Assembly (NCBI GenBank): GCA_038322655.1
Contig: JBBQGD010000002.1
Location: 1-59,133 of the forward strand
DNA from: Bacteroidales bacterium
GTDB taxonomy: Bacteria > Bacteroidota > Bacteroidia > Bacteroidales > UBA4417
Length of the DNA: 59,133 bases
Direction: 5' to 3'
Shown: piece after piece, positions 47,074-56,870 of the stretch
Layout: every line of letters begins with the position of its first letter
Position numbering within the stretch: position 1 is the first letter of the stretch
Made by a program: the position numbers and the translations under genes
Notes under the pieces: model-generated
What the model saw: only the letters and a program-made list of their open reading frames with translations
Databases searched by the model: none
What the model was told of the DNA's origin: nothing

Positions 47074-48438
47074 ATGAGATATTTGAAACTGGTATTTTTT
47101 TCTGGTTTATTCTGCTTCCTGTCTTGCAAAGGTCAGCAGGCAAAGCAGACTAAACAGGTAAAACCTTCGGAGATCTCCGATGATTCTCTTTTGACACTGG
47201 TTCAGTACCATACTTTTCAATATTTCTGGGAAGGAGCCGAGCCTGTTTCCGGTCTTGCCTGCGAAAGGATCCATCTGGATGGAAACTATCCCGAAAATGA
47301 CCGCTCTGTAATTACTTCAGGAGGTTCTGGCTTTGGAATAATGGCTATACTGGTTGGAATTGAAAAGGGTTTTATCAGCCGCCAGGATGGCTATAATCGC
47401 CTCAGGAAAAATGTGGGTTGGCTGGCGAAAGCGGATCGTTTCCATGGCGCATGGCCCCATTGGATGCATGGTGAATCCGGAAAAGTAAAACCATTCAGCT
47501 CGAACGACAATGGTGCTGACCTGGTGGAAACAGCTTACCTGATGCAGGGACTGCTTTGTGCAAGGCAGTATTTCAAAGATGGAAATAAAGCAGAGAAAAA
47601 ACTAGCAGCCGATATCGATACACTTTGGAGAGAAGTGGAATGGTCGTGGTTTACCAATGGAACCACGGATACCTTATTCTGGCATTGGTCGCCCGACAAG
47701 GCCTGGACAATGAATTTCGCTATAAAAGGCTACAATGAATGCCTTATAACGTATATATTGGCTGCCTCCTCTCCTACTTATGCTATTCCTGCAGAAGTTT
47801 ACACAAAATGCTGGGCCCGGAATGGCGACATCGTTACTGACAATGGCGGACATTTTGGCTATAAACTTGCCCTGAAACATAATTATGCAGAAGAATACGG
47901 AGGTCCTCTTTTCTGGGCACATTATTCGTACCTTGGTCTTGATCCCAGGGGTTTAAAGGATAACTATGCAGATTACTGGGAAGAAAACAAAAACCAAACC
48001 CTTATAAACAGGCAGTGGTGCATTGAGAATCCCGGGAAATACAAAGGGTATGGAGAAAATTGCTGGGGATTAACATCAAGCTATTCCTTAAAATTTTATG
48101 CGGCACATGCCCCAGGCGATAAAAGAGATAAAGGCGTTATCGCACCAACTGCTGCACTTTCTTCATTCCCTTATACTCCTGAATATTCCATGCAGGCTTT
48201 GAAGCATTTCTATTATGATCTTGGAGATAAGATATGGGGAAAGTACGGTTTCTACGATGCTTTCAGCGAGCAGGAGGATTGGTATCCGGAGAAATACCTG
48301 GCAATTGATCAGGGGCCGCAGATTGTGATGATCGAGAATTACAGAAGTGGTTTATTATGGAAACTGTTCATGAGTTGTCCAGAAGTAATAGAAGGATTGA
48401 AAAAACTGGACTTCAGCAGCACTTCGGTTGAAAAATAG
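47074..48438 (+). CDS. GH144-like beta-1,2-glucanase candidate (lipoprotein)
   Basis: Lipobox (CFLSCKGQ). Family motifs VQYHTFQYFWEGAEPVSG, TSGGSGFG, DNGADLVETAY, LAIDQGPQIVMIENYRSGLLW. Confidence 0.8.
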   Translation: MRYLKLVFFSGLFCFLSCKGQQAKQTKQVKPSEISDDSLLTLVQYHTFQYFWEGAEPVSGLACERIHLDGNYPENDRSVITSGGSGFGIMAILVGIEKGFISRQDGYNRLRKNVGWLAKADRFHGAWPHWMHGESGKVKPFSSNDNGADLVETAYLMQGLLCARQYFKDGNKAEKKLAADIDTLWREVEWSWFTNGTTDTLFWHWSPDKAWTMNFAIKGYNECLITYILAASSPTYAIPAEVYTKCWARNGDIVTDNGGHFGYKLALKHNYAEEYGGPLFWAHYSYLGLDPRGLKDNYADYWEENKNQTLINRQWCIENPGKYKGYGENCWGLTSSYSLKFYAAHAPGDKRDKGVIAPTAALSSFPYTPEYSMQALKHFYYDLGDKIWGKYGFYDAFSEQEDWYPEKYLAIDQGPQIVMIENYRSGLLWKLFMSCPEVIEGLKKLDFSSTSVEK

Positions 48439-48456
48439 AAATTTAAACTGAAACCT

Positions 48457-49878
48457 ATGAACAAAAATGTTACGATACTTTTCCTATTTCTTGCGTTCGG
48501 AATTTCAGTTCCTGCACAAAAGAATGGTAAAACAATAGTACCAAACAGAAATTCCATTCCTGTTGTTGGGATAATTAAGAATTTATCTGATACAGCACTG
48601 CTCGAAATAGTACAGCGCCAAACTTTCAGGTATTTCTGGAATTACGGTCACCCGGTCAGTGGCCTGGCCAGGGAACGAAGTAACACTGTATTAGCCGAAC
48701 ATTACTGGGATTATATCAACGAAGCCTGGGACGAGCCCAATTTCAGTAAGACTCCATTTGGTCCGGATGCATGTGCTATCGGTGGAACAGGTTTTGGAAT
48801 TATGGGCACCATTGTAGCTGTCGAAAGAGGTTGGATAAGTCGCGATAGCGCAGTTGGCCGGCTGATTCAAATAGCTGATTTCCTGGCAAATGCTGACTGT
48901 TTTCACGGTATTTATCCTCATTTTATGGATGGCCGAACCGGTAAAACCATTAAGTTTGATCGGCTGGATGATGCGGCTGACCTGGTTGAAACTTCCTACC
49001 TGATGATGGGATTTTTGTGTGCAAGGGAATATTTCAATAACGACATTCCTAAAGAAAAATACCTTCGTAAAAGAATTAACCAGATGTGGAACACAGCTAA
49101 CTGGAACTGGCATACCAACGGCGAGAAAAAATTATACTGGCATTGGAGTCCAAACAATGGTTTCGATATGAATTTCCCGATCACAGGGTGGAACGAATGC
49201 CTGATTACATACATCATGGCTGCTTCATCACCACGTCATCCTATTTCGAAGGATGTTTACGACGGAGGATGGGTTGGCAGCCCGGGATTTATGAACGGGA
49301 AATCCTACTATGGAATTAAACTCCCTCTTGGAAATTACGATATGGGTGGTCCTTTGTTTTTTGAACAATACACTTTCCAGGGAATTGACCCAAATGAATT
49401 AACTGATTCTCTCGGCAACAATTATTTCGAGCAAGGACTCAACCATACACTGATCAACAGGGCTTACTGTATTGAAAATCCTAAAAAATATGTAGGTTAT
49501 AGCGAAAATTGCTGGGGGCTCACTGCCGGCTACAGTTACAAAGGATATGTGGCACATTGCCCAGAAGTTGATCTGGGAGTGATCCAGCCAACGGCTGCGC
49601 TCTCATCTTTTCCTTATACACCGGAATATTCAATGCAGACGCTCAGGCATTTTTACTATGACCTGGGTGATAAGATCTGGAGCGAATATGGATTTACAGA
49701 TGGTTTCAGCCAGTCGCATAACTGGTATGCAAAAAGTCACCTTGCCATTGATCAGGGCCCGATCATAGTGATGATAGAAAACTACCGGAGCGGCTTGCTG
49801 TGGAAGCTCTTTATGCAGATTCCGGATGTTCAAATCGGTTTGAAAAGACTTGGATTTAGAAGTCCCTGGATTAAATAA
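48457..49878 (+). CDS. GH144-like beta-1,2-glucanase candidate (Sec signal, periplasmic)
   Basis: Signal peptide (GISVPAQK). Family motifs QRQTFRYFWNYGHPVSG, GGTGFG, DDAADLVETSY, LAIDQGPIIVMIENYRSGLLW. Confidence 0.8.
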   Translation: MNKNVTILFLFLAFGISVPAQKNGKTIVPNRNSIPVVGIIKNLSDTALLEIVQRQTFRYFWNYGHPVSGLARERSNTVLAEHYWDYINEAWDEPNFSKTPFGPDACAIGGTGFGIMGTIVAVERGWISRDSAVGRLIQIADFLANADCFHGIYPHFMDGRTGKTIKFDRLDDAADLVETSYLMMGFLCAREYFNNDIPKEKYLRKRINQMWNTANWNWHTNGEKKLYWHWSPNNGFDMNFPITGWNECLITYIMAASSPRHPISKDVYDGGWVGSPGFMNGKSYYGIKLPLGNYDMGGPLFFEQYTFQGIDPNELTDSLGNNYFEQGLNHTLINRAYCIENPKKYVGYSENCWGLTAGYSYKGYVAHCPEVDLGVIQPTAALSSFPYTPEYSMQTLRHFYYDLGDKIWSEYGFTDGFSQSHNWYAKSHLAIDQGPIIVMIENYRSGLLWKLFMQIPDVQIGLKRLGFRSPWIK

Positions 49879-49902
49879 TAAATCCCGCAAACTAATTTAT
49901 AA

Positions 49903-52065
49903 ATGCTAATGTTGAGAAATCGGTTGATAGTTTTTTGTTTATTCGCCTCTCTTGTGTCATCAGCTCAAGAATATGAGTATGATTATGTTTTTTTTCGAAA
50001 CAGTGCAATGGCAGGCAATTATTTTTTCAGCAAATCGGAGAGCAGTGGTGGCTCGACGATAATCAATGTAAATAATAAGCTTCCGGTTTGCGAAACCATC
50101 TGGCATACTCCCGGCAATTCATTGGAACTAACTTATAAAAATACTGTAAACGGAAATTGGAAAGCGATTATTCAAATTCCGAAAAAACGCGGTATGGATC
50201 ATTTTAAAAAAGCCGGATTCCTTTCATTCTGGATATTCAAAACTTCGGATGGTGATCTCCCGGGAGTTCGATTAATGAGAAAGGACAGCAGTCTTAGCAA
50301 GATCTTGATAATCCCTGAGGGAAACGTTAATGTTTGGAACCAGGTTATCATACCCACATCTTCAATTGAAAACTTTGATGCAAATAGTCCAGCTGACATT
50401 ATTGCCGTTGTTTTCTCACAAAAGAATAATAAGGTAAGCAAAGAAAATACGATTTATATTGATGATATTGAATTTCTCGCTGATGAAAATTCAGGACAGA
50501 TTTCTGAAATTCCGGAAATTATAACGGCAACCGGTTATGCCATGCATGTGGATATCACGTGGATAAAAATAACTGATCCTGCTGTCCGCCTGGTGAAAAT
50601 TTACCGCTCTGAAAACGGGAAAAAGTATGAAGCAGTTGGCATACAGCAACCTTATACGAATAGCTATGCTGATTTCACAGGCGAAACCAATAAAAAATAT
50701 TTCTATAAGATTTCCTTCCTGAACTCAAGGTATGAGGAAACTAAATTTTCAGTTCCTGCCTCATCTTCAACAAAACAAATGACTGATGACGAACTGCTTA
50801 CCATGGTGCAGGAAGCCTCGTTCCGCTATTATTGGGAAGGTGCGGAACCCAACAGCGGGTTGGCAAGAGAAGATATCCCGGGCCGGAAGAATATGATTGC
50901 TATCGGTGCATCAGGATTTGGAATAATGGCCCTAATCATTGGTACTGAAAGAGGTTTTATCACCAAAAAAGAATCCGTTGACCACTTTGTTAAAATTGTA
51001 AACTTTTTAGAAACGGCAGAAACCTTTCACGGAGTGTATCCTCATTTTATGGACGGCACAAATGGCAAAGTGGTTCCATTCTTTGGTCATCGGGATAACG
51101 GGGCCGACCTGGTGGAAACATCCTTCCTGATGCAGGGCCTGTTGGCAGCCAGGCAATATTTCTCAGGCGATAATCAACAGGAACAACTTATCAGGCAAAA
51201 AATTACCAAAATCTGGGAAAAAGCAGAATGGGACTGGTTCCGTCAAACACCTGACAGCAAATTTTTATACTGGCATTGGTCGCCCGACCAGGGCTGGGTG
51301 ATCAATCATAATCTGATTGGATGGAACGAAACTATGGTAACCTATCTGCTGGCAATAGCCTCACCTACTCATCCGGTTCCTTCAAGCATGTATTATACCG
51401 GTTGGGCTAACCAGGATAGTACGGGGATAAAATACCGTTCAAACTGGGGACAAACCTCCGAAGGATCACATTATAACAACGGCAATACTTTTTATGGCAT
51501 TAAACTCGATGTTGGAGTATCCAATGGCGGACCATTATTTTTTACGCATTATTCGTATATGGGTTATGATCCGCATTTTATTACCGATAAATACACGAAC
51601 TATTTCACAAACAATCAAAACATTGCAAAAATAAATTACCGGTATTGCGTTGAAAATCCTCAACATTTTAAAGGCTATGGCGAAAATGCCTGGGGACTGA
51701 CTGCCAGTGACGGACCATTCAGATACTCTGCGGATGAGCCCGTACCATGGCAGGACCGTGGAAAAATTGCACCAACCGGAGCTATCAGTTCTTTTCCGTA
51801 TACACCTGATGAATCCATGGCAGCTCTAAAAAATTATTACTATACTTACGGTAATTTTCTCTGGGGTGAATATGGATTTAAAGATGCATTTGATCTTAAC
51901 AACAACTGGTGTTCCGAAATTTACATGGGTCTCAACCAGGCGCCACAGGTAGTGATGATTGAAAATTATCGCACAGGCCTGATATGGAAATTGTTTATGC
52001 AAAATCCTGAAATACAAAATGGCTTAAAAAAGCTTGAAGTAGAAACAAAAGACATAAAGCACTAA
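49903..52065 (+). CDS. GH144-like beta-1,2-glucanase candidate with a ~290-aa N-terminal beta-sandwich / FN3-like extension
   Basis: Signal peptide (VSSAQE). The N-terminal region has no family motifs. From aa ~295: VQEASFRYYWEGAEPNSG, GASGFG, DNGADLVETSF, MGLNQAPQVVMIENYRTGLIW. Confidence 0.75.
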   Translation: MLMLRNRLIVFCLFASLVSSAQEYEYDYVFFRNSAMAGNYFFSKSESSGGSTIINVNNKLPVCETIWHTPGNSLELTYKNTVNGNWKAIIQIPKKRGMDHFKKAGFLSFWIFKTSDGDLPGVRLMRKDSSLSKILIIPEGNVNVWNQVIIPTSSIENFDANSPADIIAVVFSQKNNKVSKENTIYIDDIEFLADENSGQISEIPEIITATGYAMHVDITWIKITDPAVRLVKIYRSENGKKYEAVGIQQPYTNSYADFTGETNKKYFYKISFLNSRYEETKFSVPASSSTKQMTDDELLTMVQEASFRYYWEGAEPNSGLAREDIPGRKNMIAIGASGFGIMALIIGTERGFITKKESVDHFVKIVNFLETAETFHGVYPHFMDGTNGKVVPFFGHRDNGADLVETSFLMQGLLAARQYFSGDNQQEQLIRQKITKIWEKAEWDWFRQTPDSKFLYWHWSPDQGWVINHNLIGWNETMVTYLLAIASPTHPVPSSMYYTGWANQDSTGIKYRSNWGQTSEGSHYNNGNTFYGIKLDVGVSNGGPLFFTHYSYMGYDPHFITDKYTNYFTNNQNIAKINYRYCVENPQHFKGYGENAWGLTASDGPFRYSADEPVPWQDRGKIAPTGAISSFPYTPDESMAALKNYYYTYGNFLWGEYGFKDAFDLNNNWCSEIYMGLNQAPQVVMIENYRTGLIWKLFMQNPEIQNGLKKLEVETKDIKH

Positions 52066-52115
52066 AGAACAGATTATTACCTTGATGTAATTCAGTTCTT
52101 ATAAAATAATCTATC

Positions 52116-53861
52116 ATGAAGACAATCAAATTATACCTTATCATAGGCTTAATTTTGTTAATTGCTTTACAATCAGAAGCACAGCAGAAAACCTATTGCA
52201 ATCCCGTAAACATTGATTACGGGTATACCCCCATACCGAATTTCAGCGAATGGGGTAAACACAGGGCTACCGCCGATCCTGTGATCGTAAATTACAAAGG
52301 CGACTATTTTTTATTCTCGACCAATCAATGGGGTTATTGGTGGAGCAGCGATATGATAAAGTGGAATTTCATTTCACATAAGTTTCTGCGACCATGGAAC
52401 GAAGGTTACGATGAACTTTGTGCCCCGGCAGTTGGTATTATCGGTGATACCATGCTTGTTTTTGGTTCAACTTATACCAGTAATTTTACAATCTGGATGA
52501 GTACAAATCCAAAATCGAATGACTGGAAGCCCCTGGTTGATTCCTTCGCAATCGGCGGATGGGACCCTGCATTTTTTACCGATGACAATGGCCGTTTTTA
52601 TATGTACAACGGAAGCAGTAACCAGTTTCCCCTGTATGGAGTTGAGTTAGACAGGAAAACCATGCAGCCCGGGGCAACCCGAAAAGAAATGTACCTGCTC
52701 GAACCCTGGCGCTACGGTTGGCAACGTTTTGGTGAAAACATGGATAATACTTTCCTCGATCCGTTTATTGAAGGATCGTGGATGACAAAACATAATGGAA
52801 ATTATTACCTGCAATACGGTGCACCCGGAACTGAATTCAGCGGTTATGCCGACGGCGTGGTTGTGGGTGACAATCCCCTCGGGCCCTTCGAACCTCAGTC
52901 GATGCCATTTAGTTTTAAACCTGGCGGATTTGCCCGCGGAGCCGGTCATGGATCCACTTTTCAGGATAAATGGGACAATTACTGGCATGTTTCAACCATC
53001 GCAATTTCAGTTAAAAACAATTTCGAACGCAGAATCGGCATCTGGCCCACCGGTTTCGATAAAGACGATGTAATGTATTGCAATACAGCATTCGGCGATT
53101 ATCCAACCTATCTGCCCTACGGAAAAGAAGATCACCTGAAAAGCCGTTTTACAGGCTGGATGCTGCTTAATTACAACAAACCGGTTACTGTTTCATCAAC
53201 CTACGGAAGTTACAATGCCAATTATGCAGTCGACGAAAGTATAAAGACATACTGGTGCGCAGCCACTGCTGATGCGAACGAATGGATACAGTCGGATCTG
53301 GGTTCTGTTTGCACAGTAAATGCCATTCAAATTAATTACGCCGATCAGGATGCAGAATTCCTTGGAAAATCGTTAAATGTATATCATCAGTACAAAATAC
53401 TTGAATCAGTTGATGGCAAAAAATGGAATATCCTGGTTGATAAAAGCACAAACAGGACGGATGTCCCTCACGACTATGTTGAACTTCCAAAACCTGTTGA
53501 AACCCGTTACCTTCGATTGGTCAATATCCATATGCCAACCGGTAAATTTGCCATCAGCGGGTTCCGCGTATTTGGTCGGGGAGGAGGGCAAAAACCGGAA
53601 GCTGTTAAGGATTTCATCGTGCTGCTTACTAAAAAAGACAAACGAAATGCCTGGCTGAAATGGAGCCCGGTCGACAATGCTTACGCCTATAATATTTATA
53701 TGGGTACCGATCCGGATAAGCTGTATAATTCCATTATGGTATACAATGCAAATGAGTACTGGCTGAAAACTATGGATAAAGAAAAACCGTATTACTTTAC
53801 AATCGAGGCAATTAACGAAAATGGAATCAGCCAGTCGTTTCCTCTCATCAAATCAAAATAG
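52116..53861 (+). CDS. GH43-family glycoside hydrolase with a discoidin (F5/8 type C) domain and an FN3-like C-terminal domain
   Basis: Signal peptide. GH43-type motifs (RATADPVIVNYKGDYFLFST, FIEGSWMTKHNGNYYLQY). Discoidin segment (YAVDESIKTYWCA...RYLRLVNIH). Confidence 0.8.
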   Translation: MKTIKLYLIIGLILLIALQSEAQQKTYCNPVNIDYGYTPIPNFSEWGKHRATADPVIVNYKGDYFLFSTNQWGYWWSSDMIKWNFISHKFLRPWNEGYDELCAPAVGIIGDTMLVFGSTYTSNFTIWMSTNPKSNDWKPLVDSFAIGGWDPAFFTDDNGRFYMYNGSSNQFPLYGVELDRKTMQPGATRKEMYLLEPWRYGWQRFGENMDNTFLDPFIEGSWMTKHNGNYYLQYGAPGTEFSGYADGVVVGDNPLGPFEPQSMPFSFKPGGFARGAGHGSTFQDKWDNYWHVSTIAISVKNNFERRIGIWPTGFDKDDVMYCNTAFGDYPTYLPYGKEDHLKSRFTGWMLLNYNKPVTVSSTYGSYNANYAVDESIKTYWCAATADANEWIQSDLGSVCTVNAIQINYADQDAEFLGKSLNVYHQYKILESVDGKKWNILVDKSTNRTDVPHDYVELPKPVETRYLRLVNIHMPTGKFAISGFRVFGRGGGQKPEAVKDFIVLLTKKDKRNAWLKWSPVDNAYAYNIYMGTDPDKLYNSIMVYNANEYWLKTMDKEKPYYFTIEAINENGISQSFPLIKSK

Positions 53862-53882
53862 CATTCAAAAATCCACTATATA

Positions 53883-54551
53883 ATGAAGCAGCAAAAATTT
53901 ATTGCCATTCTACTTTTTCTCCTACTATCATTCTATGGATTTGCACAGCAAGTCCAGTATCCCTATGCAACTGAGATCCATAATTTTAAAGTCCTCGACA
54001 GCATAAATCCTTCTACCAAGCATGCAATACTTTTTATTGGCAGTTCATCATTTACAAAGTGGACTGACGTTCAGGATTATTTCCCAAATTATACAATAAT
54101 AAACAGGGGCTTCGGCGGTTCGTGTCTCACAGATCTGATCCGTTACGTCAATGACATTGTTTACCCATATCATCCAAAGCAGGTTGTGATATATTGTGGA
54201 GAGAATGATTTTGCTTATTCCGATACCATAACATCTGCGATTGTAAACAGTCGTTTTGTACAATTATTTGAACTGATTCGAAATAGAATGCCCGATGTTA
54301 AGATTACCTACATTTCAATCAAACCCAGCCCAAGCCGCTGGCAATTGAAAGATAAATTTATTGCATCAAATAAGTTCATTCGTACGTTTCTAAAAAAACA
54401 ACCCAACACAAGTTTTGTTGATGTCTGGGAAAAAATGCTAGATAAAAAAGGGCAACCTTTGCCTGACATCTTTCTCGAGGATCAACTTCACATGAAACCC
54501 GCCGGGTATGCCATCTGGCAAAAAGCTATTAAACCGCAATTAATTCATTAA
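53883..54551 (+). CDS. SGNH/GDSL-family esterase
   Basis: 222 aa with a signal peptide. Block I FIGSSS, block II NRGFGGS, block III CGENDF, block V DQLHM. Confidence 0.75.
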   Translation: MKQQKFIAILLFLLLSFYGFAQQVQYPYATEIHNFKVLDSINPSTKHAILFIGSSSFTKWTDVQDYFPNYTIINRGFGGSCLTDLIRYVNDIVYPYHPKQVVIYCGENDFAYSDTITSAIVNSRFVQLFELIRNRMPDVKITYISIKPSPSRWQLKDKFIASNKFIRTFLKKQPNTSFVDVWEKMLDKKGQPLPDIFLEDQLHMKPAGYAIWQKAIKPQLIH

Positions 54552-54562
54552 ATCCAATACAT

Positions 54563-56848
54563 ATGATTCGAAAATTACTTCTTTTATCATGCATTCTTTT
54601 ATTCAGTAATGCAATAGTTTTTTCACAGACCAAGGTATCTGCAGGTGATCAGAAAATGAAAACTTTCGTTGATGCCCTGATGAAAAAAATGACCCTTGAT
54701 GAGAAAATAGGGCAGTTAAACCTGCCGGCATCCAGCGATATCGTTACCGGTAGCACTGCCAGTAATGATATCGGGAATAAAATTAAAGACGGCAAAGTCG
54801 GCGGTTTGCTAAATGCAAAATCCCTGGTAAAAATCCGCAAATTTCAGCAATTAGCTGTAGAAGAGAGCCGCATGAAAATTCCTTTGCTTTTTGGCATGGA
54901 TGTTATACACGGGTATGAAACCATATTCCCTATTCCGCTTGCACTTTCCTGCTGCTGGGACATGCAGATAATTGAACAATCAGCCCGGGTTGCTGCCACT
55001 GAATGCAGTGCCGATGGGGTATGCTGGACCTATTCACCTATGGTTGATATCGCCCGCGACCCTCGCTGGGGGCGCGTTTCCGAAGGTGCCGGCGAAGATC
55101 CTTACTTAGGTTCGCTCGTTGCCGAAGCCATGGTAAAAGGATACCAGGGCGATGATCTGAAGAAAAACAATACCATTATGGCATGTGTAAAACATTTTGC
55201 CTTGTACGGTGCTGCCGAAGGCGGCCGGGATTATAATACAGTTGATATGAGCTACGTGCGCATGTATAACGATTACCTCCCTCCATACAAAGCCGCAGTT
55301 GATGCAGGCGTAGGAAGTGTGATGAGCTCATTTAACGAAATTAACGGCATACCCGCTAGCGCCAACAAATGGCTTTTAACTAATTTGCTTCGTAAACAAT
55401 GGAAATTCACCGGCTTTGTAGTAACCGACTATACCGCCATCAACGAACTGATAAATCACTGTATCGGTAAGGATCTGGAAGATGTATCGGCAATGGCCCT
55501 GAATGCAGGCATTGATATGGACATGGTGGGCGAAGGTGTTCTCCTTAATACAAAGCAACTTATAAAAGAAGGTAAGATATCCTTGAAAACAATTGATAAT
55601 GCCTGTCGGCTGGTACTGGAAGCAAAATACAAATTAGGCCTTTTCGACGATCCATACCGTTACCTGAGCGAAGAAAGGGCTAAAACAGAAATCTTTACTC
55701 CCGAAAACAGGTTAGCCGCCCGAACTGCTGCCGAACATTCAATGGTATTACTCAAAAATGATAACCTTCTGCTTCCTCTCGATCCGTCAAAAAGCATTGC
55801 TCTTATCGGTCCGCTTGCAGATATCCGGCCTGATATAACCGGTTCCTGGCCACCTGCAGGCAACCAGGAAAACTCAACGAGTGTGCTGTCGGGTGTTAAA
55901 AAGCTGCTCGGCAATTCATCTGAGATTTATTATGCAAAAGGCTGTAACTTACTGACTGACAGGAATTTTTTAAGCCGGATAAATGGTAAAGCTTCGGTTG
56001 ACAGCCGTACTGATGATGAAATGATTAACGAAGCCTATAATGTTGCGTCACAAGCCGATGTGATTGTAGCCGTACTTGGCGAACCATCCGGATTTAACGG
56101 CGAAGCATCTTCAAGAAGCGAAATTGGTATACCCGGCCGGCAGCTTGAATTATTAAAAACCCTTCTGAAAACAGGCAAACCAATTGTACTTGTCATCGTA
56201 AGCGGCAGGCCTCTTACGCTGGAATTTGAGGCTGCTAATGTTCCGGCCATTCTACAGGCCTGGGATGGAGGAACTGAAACAGGAAATGCTGTGGCTGATG
56301 TTTTGTATGGAAAATATAATCCTTCCGGGAAATTAACCATGACATTCCCGGTAAATGTGGGACAGATTCCTATTTATTACAACCATAAAAACACGGGGCG
56401 TCCTTTAGTTGATACAAGCGACAAATACCTGAGTCGTTACCTGGATGTTTCCAATGAGCCGCTTTTCCCTTTTGGCTTTGGCCTGAGTTACACCACTTTC
56501 GGTTATTCAGACTTGAAACTTGATACGCAAAAATTAAAATCAGACGGAACTTTGAATATCTCTGTAAAGCTCACCAATACAGGAAAATACGATGGAACCG
56601 AAATAGCTCAGTTGTATATCCGCGATTTGGTTGGAAGTATCACCCGGCCGGTAAAAGAACTGAAAGGTTTTCAGAAAGTATTCCTGAAAGCCGGTGAGAA
56701 CAGAACCCTAAATTTCACACTTACTCAAACTGACCTGGCGTTTTATAACAGCGATCTGCAATTTAAGGCAGAGCCCGGCGATTTTAAGGTATTTGTAGGA
56801 ACAAATTCAGCCTCAGTGCTGGAAGCATCGTTTGAATTGCTGAAATAA
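54563..56848 (+). CDS. bglX: GH3 periplasmic beta-glucosidase (BglX-like)
   Basis: 761 aa with a signal peptide. GH3 motifs (DVIHGY, PRWGRVSEGAGEDPYL, KHFALYGAAEGGRDYN, GFVVTDY with the nucleophile Asp) and the C-terminal FN3-like domain. Confidence 0.9.
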   Translation: MIRKLLLLSCILLFSNAIVFSQTKVSAGDQKMKTFVDALMKKMTLDEKIGQLNLPASSDIVTGSTASNDIGNKIKDGKVGGLLNAKSLVKIRKFQQLAVEESRMKIPLLFGMDVIHGYETIFPIPLALSCCWDMQIIEQSARVAATECSADGVCWTYSPMVDIARDPRWGRVSEGAGEDPYLGSLVAEAMVKGYQGDDLKKNNTIMACVKHFALYGAAEGGRDYNTVDMSYVRMYNDYLPPYKAAVDAGVGSVMSSFNEINGIPASANKWLLTNLLRKQWKFTGFVVTDYTAINELINHCIGKDLEDVSAMALNAGIDMDMVGEGVLLNTKQLIKEGKISLKTIDNACRLVLEAKYKLGLFDDPYRYLSEERAKTEIFTPENRLAARTAAEHSMVLLKNDNLLLPLDPSKSIALIGPLADIRPDITGSWPPAGNQENSTSVLSGVKKLLGNSSEIYYAKGCNLLTDRNFLSRINGKASVDSRTDDEMINEAYNVASQADVIVAVLGEPSGFNGEASSRSEIGIPGRQLELLKTLLKTGKPIVLVIVSGRPLTLEFEAANVPAILQAWDGGTETGNAVADVLYGKYNPSGKLTMTFPVNVGQIPIYYNHKNTGRPLVDTSDKYLSRYLDVSNEPLFPFGFGLSYTTFGYSDLKLDTQKLKSDGTLNISVKLTNTGKYDGTEIAQLYIRDLVGSITRPVKELKGFQKVFLKAGENRTLNFTLTQTDLAFYNSDLQFKAEPGDFKVFVGTNSASVLEASFELLK

Positions 56849-56870
56849 TAAGTTTGGTTTGATTGATTGT

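Noticed and set aside
48691-49113. Numerous 60-140-aa antisense or out-of-frame ORFs inside long CDSs (e.g. 48691..49113, 7731..8066, 10517..10876, 52647..52988, 22268..22621, 94..324)
   Set aside because: All are nested within, or opposite to, genes with strong family signatures. Their translations are compositionally odd (Cys/Arg/Ser-rich), and none has an independent start context.
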